Below are positions 14,901 to 26,900 of a DNA stretch of 64,000 nucleotides, in pieces. The translations under genes were made by a program, and so were the position numbers. The notes beneath the pieces were generated by a model. The model was not told the DNA's origin. It worked only from the letters and a program-made list of their open reading frames with translations, and did no database searches. Origin of the DNA: Phoronis australis (lineage: Eukaryota > Animalia > Phoronida); assembly GCA_002633005.1 (NCBI GenBank), contig NMRA01000062.1:1039981-1103980 (forward strand), given 5' to 3'. How positions within the stretch are numbered: position 1 is the first letter of the stretch; each line of letters starts with the position of its first letter.

Positions 14901-17900
14901 CTTGGGCGGCCAGTGCCAACAAGGTCGACGTCTCTGCAGCAGTTGACTGCCCGCATAATTTAGGGGATATATCGTTGATGAAATTCAGACTAGTCAGAGA
15001 TGAAGACAACCCAAACCGATGTTATTACTACAGATTCAAAGTGAATCGCAAATTTGGATTTGTAAGTATTGTTGTGATAGACTCTTTAACGCACGGAATT
15101 AGTAGCCAACGCATTTGGTGGACGAATGGTGGACAGTATAATGTCTCGATTAAAGTCAAATTTAAAAATAGAGGACTGGATTGTATTTGAAACCTCTGTC
15201 TTTTGCTTTCAGTCGTGCTGTTATGATTCAACTAAAGCGCTGGTCATTACTCCGCCTGCCGCTGGGTTTGTTTCTCGTTACCACAAATATAAACGGAACA
15301 GCAGAAACAACTACAAGAAGTTTGACTTGAAGCCTTACAAGTGGTGCTGTGGAAAGGACAACGTAGATACATGCAAACTGTTCCACGACAAGAGACCGAT
15401 CAGGGACGGGTCACGCTACAGACGTCCTGCACTAGGTACTGATGCTTGGGAAAAGTGAAACGGAGGCACTTTGCAGTTGGTGTTGGTTTTGTGTTTGTAG
15501 ACTGTGAGGTTCATGCGTCTGCTCTGTATTTCGCATAACGTTATCGAAAATCAAAAAGTAAATCAAAATACTCGCTGAGCACTGCCACGTCTGATTGGTT
15601 CCTTTGAAATGTTCGGGTTCTCGAAATTTCTTATTTAGGCACGACAATTCGCATTTAATTTACAAATCGGCTCAGATACCAAACTCATGTGCTTCAACCA
15701 TGGTATCTAAGTCTTCCAGTTTATCCCTTGGTGCGGAAAAGCGACGAGGTAGGCTCTGGCGTTAACTGCCATTCTACTTCTCGTTGCTCTTAGAATTGGG
15801 AGAAGCCCTCACCAGAGATCTATTGGCTATTCAAAGTTCTGGAAAGACTTTTTGTTGTTCATAAATACTGCATGACCCGTGATATTTCCACACAGATGAC
15901 TGGACGTCCCTATTGTTACTGTCAATCGTCAACTTTAAAGCTAACGTCGAACCTTTCATTTCTTTAAGGTTTTGGTCGTGGGGACCCTCATATTTGCACG
16001 TTGGACGGTTCGTGTTACACCTTCAATGGTCAAGGTCAATACGATCTTGTGATTGATGCAACCTCCTACGGGTTCCAGCTACAAGGTCGCACAGGCAGAG
16101 CAGGCACCTCAAGAGCTACAATATTCACGGCGTTTGCAGTCAAAGAGACGGAATCGGAAGCTGTACACATAGGGCTCTCATCCGATAGTAAAGGTACACT
16201 TATATTCCATCAAACAAACAGTCTCTAGTAGATATATTACCAATTGTCAAGTTTATCTGGGTCAAATATGTGAGACATGACACACGATTTTTTTTCTTCC
16301 AGGCTTAGACGTTTATGTAAACAGTCAGAAGCAAGAAGGGCAGTTTGAAAATAAAGAGTTCACAAATCTGGAAGTTACCAAAACAAACACGTCAGCTACT
16401 GCTGTTTTTGAGTCTGGTAAGTTTGATGAGTAACAGTTAAAGTGGCCGAGTTAGAGGGGGGCCATGCCCCCCTTCCTGAAATTCTCCCGGATTCCGTTTG
16501 GTAGTTTGGGGGTGCGAATATGTGACGGGCAAAATCCTGGCTAATGATCTGTCTTGCCCTCCAACTCAAATTCTTGGATCCGCCCCGGGTTAAAACAGTC
16601 ACACACAATTCCATATACAAGAATTGTTGCCTTTATTGACATGAACTCGTGTACTATCGTGAAGGGCAAGTGCACCACTGTCACCTTTTTTCATTAACTG
16701 CGTTTTATGTCTTGTGTATAGAAGGTAGTCAGCCCTTAAGCTGTACGTTTATTTGTGGTTGACCTTTACGATGAAACGATGGTCTAATTTGTTAACCATA
16801 TTTACGTTTATTCAAAACCACGGGAACTTAGTTGTAATTGGTGTCCTTTGCAACATCTTCTGAACGGCTCCACGGACACTATCAAGAAGGGAACAAGCGT
16901 GTTTGATATTTACGTACTACTATTGAATATCCTAATACGCGGCACACTGGCATTTACCTGTTCATTGAAACACCTGTTCGCATGTTGGTTGCATTAAGTG
17001 CTGACTTTGTACGGAATTTTCCAAATTTAATCCAAACTGTTGAAGGTTGATTACCGTAAACAGAGCATTATTTTTGTTTTAAAGATTGGGATGGGAAAAC
17101 GATGGTTAATATCTGTAAAAATGACAAAACTAGGTTAATAGTATACTTTTCAAGGCCTCTCTCCTTGCAACCTGAATAGATTGAGAGTAGACAAGGAGTT
17201 TGCCAGGTACGTGAAAGGGGATCCACGCGTTTACACAGATGTAGGTAACTGTTTCTGTGAGAAGCTTCTTTGTGTCACATGCAAAATCTTGTGAATATTT
17301 CAGGTTTCATTGTGACCGTCACCGTCACCACAGGACTGTTGGATTTTGTCTTGGAGACGCCAGCTTCTTCCGTAAACATGACGGCTGGATTGTTGGGTAT
17401 TTTGAACAGTGACACAAGCGACGACTTCTCGTACCGCAATGGAACGTTCATCAGTCCAAATTCAACAGAACGGGAAAAATACTACATGGGACAGTCGTGT
17501 AAGCCTTAGTTTGTGAAACCCATGAGTTGTTACTGAAATATTACACCAATTATCACTGATTTGTAAGTGTGTCTAAATGGAGGCTGAATTTATTTCAATA
17601 AGTTTAGCCAATAGTGGCACTTCCCTCCGCCATTGCAAATCAAACCTTGGCGGTGATGTGTCCTCATCCTCCATTACGCCGCAAGATTTCTGAAAATTAC
17701 ACTTAATCCTGGCCCAACTATCAGAGTCATGTTACTATGTGTATATTTCAAGTGTAAATGGATGGCTTTGGAGGCAGTTAAAGTCTTTAAATCCGTCTAG
17801 CAATCAGCATACTTTGTTGCATCAAATCCAAACATAACTTGGTCAATCGTGTTTGATTTTCTCAGGGATGGTGGATGGTGTGGGTAACTTTCTGTATAAC

Positions 17901-20900
17901 TCTGGAGAAACTCCCCTAAGTTTTAAGAACGCCACCTTCATGCCGCTGTTCACGGACGAACTTAACATCACAGACGAGATGAGAGCAGCCTGTGGTTCCA
18001 GCGTGGAATGCCTATTTGATTACGCTGCCACAGGTGATGAAATCCTCTCCCTGGGCACCAAAACCACAGCCGAAGAAAACCAAAAGGAACTGGAAGAGTT
18101 GGGTAGGTATAGTTGTACAGCATGCCAAAAATCGCATGTCCAATGTCATTTTGGTGCAATAATGCATACATAAATAATCTACAACTTTGTTTTGACGCAC
18201 CTGTCAACAGTTAAGACATACAGACGTACATGTATACATGTGTGTGTATGTGTATATTGTACATGATTGTATAATTAATCTAAACATCAACACGAGGCTG
18301 CAGCACGAGGAGGCATCTCCAGGTAACTAGACAAAGCTCCATAGACGCAAGAATCCCGCAAAAGAATCTAAAGTGATGTGTGCTTCATTTGCACTACATA
18401 ACGATATGCCACGTGATCACTCGTCATTGGGAGGTTCTTGCGTTTATGGAACTTACACCAGTCCTGAAATGTTGAAACTAATATTCTTGCCAGTTATGAA
18501 ACCATCACAAGTGATCCAAACGGATCGTGTTAACCAGAATTGTAATGTTAGAAAGGTGCCGTCACTCAATTCGCGAAAATATTACACGCTTGCATATATG
18601 TCGTCAAAACAGCGTGTGCCTGTATCCACCGGAAGGCATGCGCCTGTACAAAGGACTCCCACCTTTCCCTATAAACGAAACGTAGACGCATACTCATACA
18701 AGCAAACACTTGAGTGAACAGTTACATGTGAAAAAATGCATTATATTCATTATAGGCGAATGGGATAAAATGCGTGCAGATAGGGTTGAACTACAAAATG
18801 ATCTTCTCTTGGGTGAAAATAGAAAATTTGTGTTCATGTACTAAATCTGGCAACGCATCATATTGGTTCGCTACTGAAAACTAAGTTTGTCTCATTCATT
18901 CGTTTGCTTCGTGGAAGTGGTGGCAGATTTACGGTGAAGCGGGGTTTTAGCTGAGCCATTTCTGGCGCTGTAGATTGTTGCCAAAACATGGGGCAACTGC
19001 TGTTAATGCTGAAAAGGCACCCGGGGACTTGAACTGTAGTCAGTACAACGTCATAAACGGTTGCTGTCCCATGAGGATTCAAAATCCGCTACTTCAGTTT
19101 TTTTTCATTTCAGCGGAGACGCCTCCTACAATATCTGGAACAACATACTTAACTGCAACCAATGGTAGCGCCATCACCTTCAACTTATCTTCGTCAGACG
19201 TCAACGGGGACAACATCACACTCAGTGCCGTTGGTCTTCCTAGTGACCTCACTTTTGATCCAGTCACCAACACGAGCGTAGTTGATGTCGTCATTTCTTG
19301 GACTCCATCCACATGGACAAGTTCCACGCTGACGTATGTCGACGAACAATGTTAAACGTTTTGTAAATCCAATTGTATTGAATCTATCTCGGCTATATTT
19401 TCAATTGACATTCTAAACTGGGGCAAGGAAGCCATGTGGCATTTTAGCCACTGTCATGCATTTGGTTTGTTTAAGGTTCGGTAGTCTATCTATGGTTTCA
19501 GATGTTTGCTGAATTGCTTTCACCCGCATGCATTTTCGCCAAACCCTAGCTTCATGCTACTATAACGACCAAGGGTGTGTTTGTCATGTGCACGTAACAT
19601 CTTCAAAGTAAAATTGTTGATGAATATTATAGGTTCATGGCCACCGACAGTACCAATCGAACCTCCTCAACTCATATTGTTGCTGTCAGTTTGTCTCCTG
19701 CCTGTCAAAATGGCGCAACACCAGACTTCAAACCTCAAAGTCAACTTGCTGTCTCCACCAGTCAGTCGATCATTTTGACCACCTGTCAGTGTTCAACTGG
19801 TTGGGAAGGTATTGCTTTCACTGTACTTGATATGAAGACGTCACATTATAACTCATTTTTCCTACAACCCTATCACCAGTGCTTTTGTTAACTTGGTTAT
19901 TTAAAGGAATTTTAGAATATAAGAAGCTGCCATTTTCTGAAACGCTTATCTGCAATTTCTACTTGAAAGACATTTGAAATGTCTAAATGAAACCAAAACA
20001 TAGAGATCGTGTCGAAGGTTCTACACAGCATGTTGATTTTCCAGGCGACGACTGCAGTAAAGACATAGACGGATGTGCTGACTCCCCATGTGAATCGTCA
20101 GGAACCAATTGCACAGACATGACTCCTGCTCAGGAACAAGCACTCAATGTATCCTTCGAATGTGGACCTTGTCCTGCCGGCTTTGAAAAGATCGAGGGCG
20201 ATTGCACAGGTAAGACCATTGTGTTTCCCGCAACATAGCTGTCTTTTAAGACGCGCTGTTCAAATGAAAATCCCAAATGCTGTGTGCTGTGTAGGTAGTT
20301 GCAAAACTCATTTAGGAAATGCACTTGCAAATGCTTCAATTTTGCCTCGGATTTTGTCGAAAAATTTAGATTTCGTAACGTTTACAACTCACCATATTAT
20401 GCTGTTTCGGCACTATGTAGATCATATCTAGTGTAAAGTACGTCTCAAAGGTATTTAGCTTGATTTTGCTGCTAAACGCAAATTCAATTTTGGTCATATT
20501 GCTTTGATTAAGTTCAATTCTGGTCATATTGCTTTGATTTCAGTCATGTTGAGATGAAATGTATAGTTACTTTTAGGAAAATATCGTATTCATGTGCATT
20601 ACGTGTGTTTGAAGATAATCTGTGTGATTTTAGAAGTATAATTTCTGAGCAACCATGACTCTCAATTTATATATCGAATTGTGTTCATTATGTTGTTTTT
20701 GGAATTGTAGACTTGGACGAGTGTGAAAACAGTTCTTTAAACCTGTGTCAACAGACATGTTTGAACAAAGACAACGGGCAAGGATACGAGTGCGCCTGCA
20801 ACAGTGGTTACGCTCTGGATGGATTGTATAATTGTACAGGTGGGTACTGTGTCTCGGCTTAACAGATATTGTGTGTTCTTCCCAAATTTGTGTACGACTG

Positions 20901-23900
20901 GTATTTTTGTTCCACTAATCTGTCCGCCCTTGTCAGGAAATAAAAGTTCCATTGTGGAAACATTTCAAACTGCTATAAAGCCCCACTGCTCCATTGTACG
21001 AACTTTGTCGATCGTGATTCATTTCAGACATCAATGAGTGTCAGCGGGGTGACATCTGCGGTCAAGTTTGCGTCAACACGGAGGGCACTTACCGATGCGA
21101 ATGTTATCCAGGATACGAGCTTTCCAACAACAACAAAACATGCTCGCTTCAAAATGGTAAGCAGTTGGTTATAAATGAACCATTAAATTTTTTTCATAGA
21201 AGATACCATGTCTGAGGCATCTTCATTTTTGTTTCCTTATAGTCTTTCTGCTTCTTAAATCTTGTTGCATACTGTCTGCTTTTCAGAGATTGGGCATGTT
21301 TTACAGTAAATCTCAGTCGCAACATATTTCAGTAGGCTACTATCATTGGACTTAGTCCAAGTTGTAACGTTCATAATCTGATCCTAAGTGCTATTTAAAT
21401 CCCTGTTGTTAGTGATATTGACATTATAATTTCCATATCGGGAGACTTCATGAACCAATGCCTAGACTTGAATGTTTTTTATGCAGCCACGTAACTTTGC
21501 GGGTACACGTTAGTTATAACCTCTGTCCAGCCTCCAGCTGCTGTATCTCCCAAACTCCATATCGCATCTTGATGAAGCATACATGTTCCTGTGAAGCCGA
21601 CAGCCGATGATAACACGTTTCGGACCGAGCCGATCCCTGTTGTACCCCTAGTGTCATTTTTATGTTTACCCATGCATCTCCGGAGTTTCTGAGACAGTTT
21701 TTCACAGAACTCGGCGAATGGGTTTCTTAATAGGCGTTGACCGTGACTTGTCATTTTCAGACAGATGTTTTCTGCTTCCACTTGTGTCCATTTTTTATTT
21801 TGATTCCGTTTTCTATATCCGCCAAACCATTGAAGGATTGTTTTGAAAATCGGTATGTGTTCCTGCATCGAAAATCAAAGCTGCCATTCAGTTTTCGACT
21901 GGTCAGTTTACTGTGGCGCCCTGTAATTCCACTGATTTTATTGGTTGCATCCTTGCTGTATCTCCTTTACAATTTGCAGGATCTTACAAGTCTTGTTTAT
22001 GATAGTGGCAATGAATGACTACGAATTTTGTACAGGAATGACAACCGCATCGCCTATAATGGCAGTTTTATGTTTTTACGCTTGCGTTTGCTCCTTTGGA
22101 GTTCCTTGACGTATTTTTATAAAGTTTGGGAAATGTTTTTCAATTCAGAGACAACAAAGTTTTTCTTATGAGTTGGAGTGAAGAGAAATACTTTTATCTG
22201 GCGAATCCGACTGCCATTGTGACACCTGGTGGCAATGCATTTTTTACGTTCGTCTCTGGACGCATTCCCATTTTGGAATATTCTGCTCCATCTATTGGCC
22301 ATAATCAAAGAACGGTTATGTTAAGATACTAATAAACTCCTCTAGACCCATGCCATTGGCGGTACAGTTCAATGCCTTAGTTGTACTGCTCTTGTTTAGT
22401 TTAAACTCAATACTTAAACGTATTGAAGCGTATGACGGAAAATAACTTATTGATATTAGGAGATGTTAAGTGGAATGTGTCATCTCTAATGGTACAGTTG
22501 TTATTTTTTTTAAAGTAATTAGACTTGTTTGGGACCTGATATTCATGTGCTTGTCATGAATGCAAGAGTTGTCAAACTTCAACATGCTAGTTAGTGCTAA
22601 TGGGTAGTTTCTTAATTATGTACTTGCAGGCACTGACCTTTGTTCTGCCAATGATCGAAAGTGTTCTCATTTCTGCATTTTTAATGCAACAACGGCAAAT
22701 TATACCTGCGGCTGTCCTCTTGGGTACGAACTCTCCGACCTGGAGAACTGCACAGGTAAGGGTCAAATAGCAACGCTTGACAGGTAAAAACAGAAAATCT
22801 CCTACGTCGGATTCAACATCGGCTATCCAATTACAGTAAGTTCAAATGTCTTCGTTGATAATTTCCTCAACTTACTGATTTCATTTTTGTTACAAAAGCT
22901 CTCAGGAAATTAATTCAATGTTGTCACAAATGCACTCCCAAACGAGGGCCTGTCTCAGAAAATAAAGCAATCTAAATGGATTCCGAATAGCCACGTTGTT
23001 TTAGAATGTACAGTTTGTCTGCATTTCTACCAATCGATTCACACGTAATTCAGTGTATTAAACGTAAAAAAATGGATATTTCATTGCTAATTCGTAACCG
23101 GGTACTCCATGTTCTTGAATTGTACAGGGACTCTAATGTAAACTATCTGCATTTCACAGATATCAACGAGTGTAAGAATGCTGCGTCCTACTGTCAACAA
23201 CCTCACCACTGTGTAAATACAGAGGGCGGATACAAGTGTGGCTGTGATGACGGATACTCTTTGGCATCTGATGAGCGCACATGCACTGGTGAGTATTTCC
23301 AGAAACTGTTTGTAGGCATCAGCCTTAATTTGTTACGTGTCATTTGAAGACTGTTGTCATTGTCTGGAGTCTATGGCGTTATTGCCGATTTCTTGTTTCA
23401 TAGATGTGGTGAACAGTACGGCGCGTTCAGAATAATATACAATAATAGCTAACATTGTTTTTTTCCTTCTTTAAAAATTGCTCAGTGTAAAATTGATAAA
23501 CCTTATTGTAGAGATCTGCGAGTGGCGTTAACATTTAAACTGGGATTGATATAAACAATTAAATGGTCAAAAATACGAGAGGCAAAGTAAAATAGGAGTA
23601 GAATATTGACCCCGTTGGCATCACTCGCATGGGCGCCGAGGAGATGTTCGGCATTTTAGAAGATCAAATCCAGAAATACCAGGGCAAATATGCCATCACT
23701 CGTATTTCGAGCGGACATTTTCGCCTGTGTCCACTAAAATTAGGTAGTTCGGGTTAGAGTTCAGTAACGCTACGACCTGCAGGTCACAACACTTCATTTG
23801 ACTCAAGGTTGAGGAACGTTCAATAACTCACTAGAAAAGCAATATCTCACAGGACTCCGCGAGATATCGAGGTATATTTTCAATGAGAGCATTATACCTT

Positions 23901-26900
23901 TGGCTAGATTTTTCTGGTCGCGAGACAGTTATTAAATTCGACCCTGGTTTTAACAAGCAGTTGACTCCCAGTATTTTCACTAGTGTGTTGAAATACCATT
24001 GATGCCTCACTATGATGACATTAGGCAAATCTTGCCTTAACATGTTTTGCACGCAAGTAGATGCGGAAGCGTGCACTGTTTAACCCGGTGTATCCATCGA
24101 AGTCCTCGGCACATGAAAGGCTTGATGGCCACGTCATGGATAGAAGTGAGCTACTTGTTATTCATGGGCTTGCTGGATGAGATACGTGTACATGTAATTG
24201 TGGTCGTAAACCAACACGTCTGTTAAGCGTATGAGTTTCAAAGTTAAAAAAACGAAAACTAAGTAAGGTAAACTACCTACTGAAAACGACTGTTATTTAA
24301 AACTGAAAAGTAAATGGCCGTCTTTGAATTTTTAAAATCGACGCATATTTTAAACTGCATCTACTTTAAAAAGAAATTAGCGAATAAGCTTTCCTCAGAA
24401 ATGCGACTAAGCCACCAACATTACTTAGTAAATCGATTAAGACGGATTATTCACTCTCTGGCCTAGGCTCGCTTAGGCATTGGGGTAACAAAACCCCAAA
24501 TTTTAGCCTGGGATTCATCTCATGGCTGTTCTGGCCTTTTTATATAGCCTCATTTTGTTTCTGAGGATGACGTTACCAGGATACATTGAAACGTATGACG
24601 TATTAAACAGCTCGTCCTTTCCTTATCATTATAACGTACTTGCCTTCACTGAAAGCATTTACTTTAATTTGTTCCCGTTTTCTAACCATTCCTCCTTTGG
24701 ATAAAACGCACAAGGCTGCTGTTTGCTGGCATGGAGTGTTCCGTCCACCATTATGCTTTCTATTATACCTTACTTGTTCAGTGTTGCGCTGTGACTTGTA
24801 ATCCTGACTCGAGGGAATTTTGCAAGCTGGATGGCGAACTGTGCTGTCCTTGTCGACAACTTAACTGGGCCTGTGTTATTGACCGAACTTTTCCAGCACG
24901 TAGTGTTCTCTTTGTTAGGGATAACACTGTTGACAACGAGATTGACATCATGAAATGGATCACATTATATAGAAATTATTACTTCCAGCTTGCGACCAAT
25001 TGCATTGGGGTCCCAACTGTAACAACACATGCGACTGTGGCGCAAGAGCTCTTGCCTGTAATGCTACGATAGGCTGCACGGACTGCGTAGCTGGTTGGAC
25101 AGGTGTACAATGCAATGAAGACGTGGACGAATGTCAACAGTTACCCAGTGTTTGTTCCCAGATCTCAGAGTACTGCCTCAACAAAAATGGGTCGTATTCC
25201 TGCATGTGTAATTCTGGCTTCGTTCGAACTAACGCCACCTGGTGTGAGGGTAAGTAAATGCACATCCACTCGTAAGTAAGTGTAGAGGGTCGCGTTTTCG
25301 GTTTCTTTATAGTTTGTAACTTGAGATCCCCGGCGTTACTCAAGCATTACGACTGGACCAACATTGCTGTATTTCATGTAACTTGTAACAAGTAGACCCA
25401 CCTGGAAAATCATTATTTTTGTTTTCAGACCTTGATGAATGCGCGACTGGAGATAATACGTGTAACTCGAACGCAGCGTGCACTAACACCCCCGGTAGCT
25501 ATAACTGCACGTGCCGCGAAGGATATGAGGGGAACGGCACCGTTTGCTCAGATGTCAATGAATGTGATTTTGTGTCGTCATGTCACCCAAATGCCACGTG
25601 TATGAACACGGACGGTAGCTACAAATGTCAATGCATAACAGGGTTATCAGGTGACGGAGTTACCGATTGCTTTCCCTTCGATGTGAGTATACCATCATAC
25701 TATTATTGTTATATGGGAATGTGGTAATTGCTTGACGTTGTCAGAAAACTTGGTTGATTTGCTTTGCATTCATTCTCATTTGCAGCCTGGCTGTCTGTCT
25801 TTTTGCAAACGGCACTTGTCCAACTTATATTTTATGCACTTTTGCAGACGAGTAGACTTTTTGGTATATGCTATTATGTTTACTTGACTACCTTGGAATA
25901 TGCACATTTTGTTTCATATGATTTTACGTACGGTGCTGCTCCTAGTGGTCGTTATTATTTTACGTCTGTTAATTATCGCCGGCCTCTATTTCTGTAAAAC
26001 TGTTGATAAAATGTGGCATGTGTGAGCCTGTGTGCGCGCGTGTGTGTGCGCGCGTGTGTGTGCGCCTGTGTCTGTGTATGTGTATGTGTGTGTGCGTGTG
26101 TGTGTGTGTGTGTGTTACCCTATTGAAGAAACCACTGCTGTCATGGTTTCATCCCATGGAGGCTTTGTAAAGTTTTTTAGTATTACTTTATCTAGGGGGA
26201 TTGTTTAAAATATTGATCACCCCTTGTATGTATGCTGTATACTATGTTTCAGGGTGGGCGCATATATTCGCCCGCGTCGCTCTTCTACAAAAACAAGTGG
26301 GTTAAATCAAAAGATGTCCTTACCGTAGCCATGAATTTGTTTCGTCTGAATGCACGTATTCGCATTGGTACGAAGTAACTAAAATGTGACTCTAATTTTG
26401 CAGGAATGTGCATTCAAACTCGATAACTGCAGCTCCGAGGCCACGTGCACAGATTTACCAATTCTTTACACCTGCAACTGCATTACCGGCTTTATTGGCG
26501 ATGGAACTTCTTGCTTGGATATTGATGAATGCGCCTCAAACATCACTAATTGTCACTCAAACGCAATCTGTTCGAATAACAGAGGGAGTTACTCGTGTTC
26601 ATGCACGAGTGGTTACCTAGGAGACGGCCTAAACTGCACTGATGTTGACGAATGCGCAAATTCGATGCACAATTGCCATGCTAATGCCACTTGTTCAAAT
26701 ACAGACGGGGGCTATTCATGCACGTGTAACCAAGGTTACCACGGAGACGGCGTAGGCTGCATTGATATTGACGAATGCGCAAATGCGACACACAATTGTC
26801 ATCCTAACGCTACATGTGACAATACTCCTGGTGGATTTGTGTGTACTTGTGATGTAGGTTACCAAGGTAATGGTGTGAACTGCTCTGATGTCAATGAATG

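Noticed and set aside
15413-15427. RYRR furin-like site just before the VWD
   Set aside because: Followed by Pro at P1', which disfavours convertase cleavage.
24731-24900. Cys-rich ORF ([24 protein letters not shown]) as an extra EGF exon
   Set aside because: Cys spacing does not fit EGF, there is no good donor, and exons 20 and 21 already join in phase.
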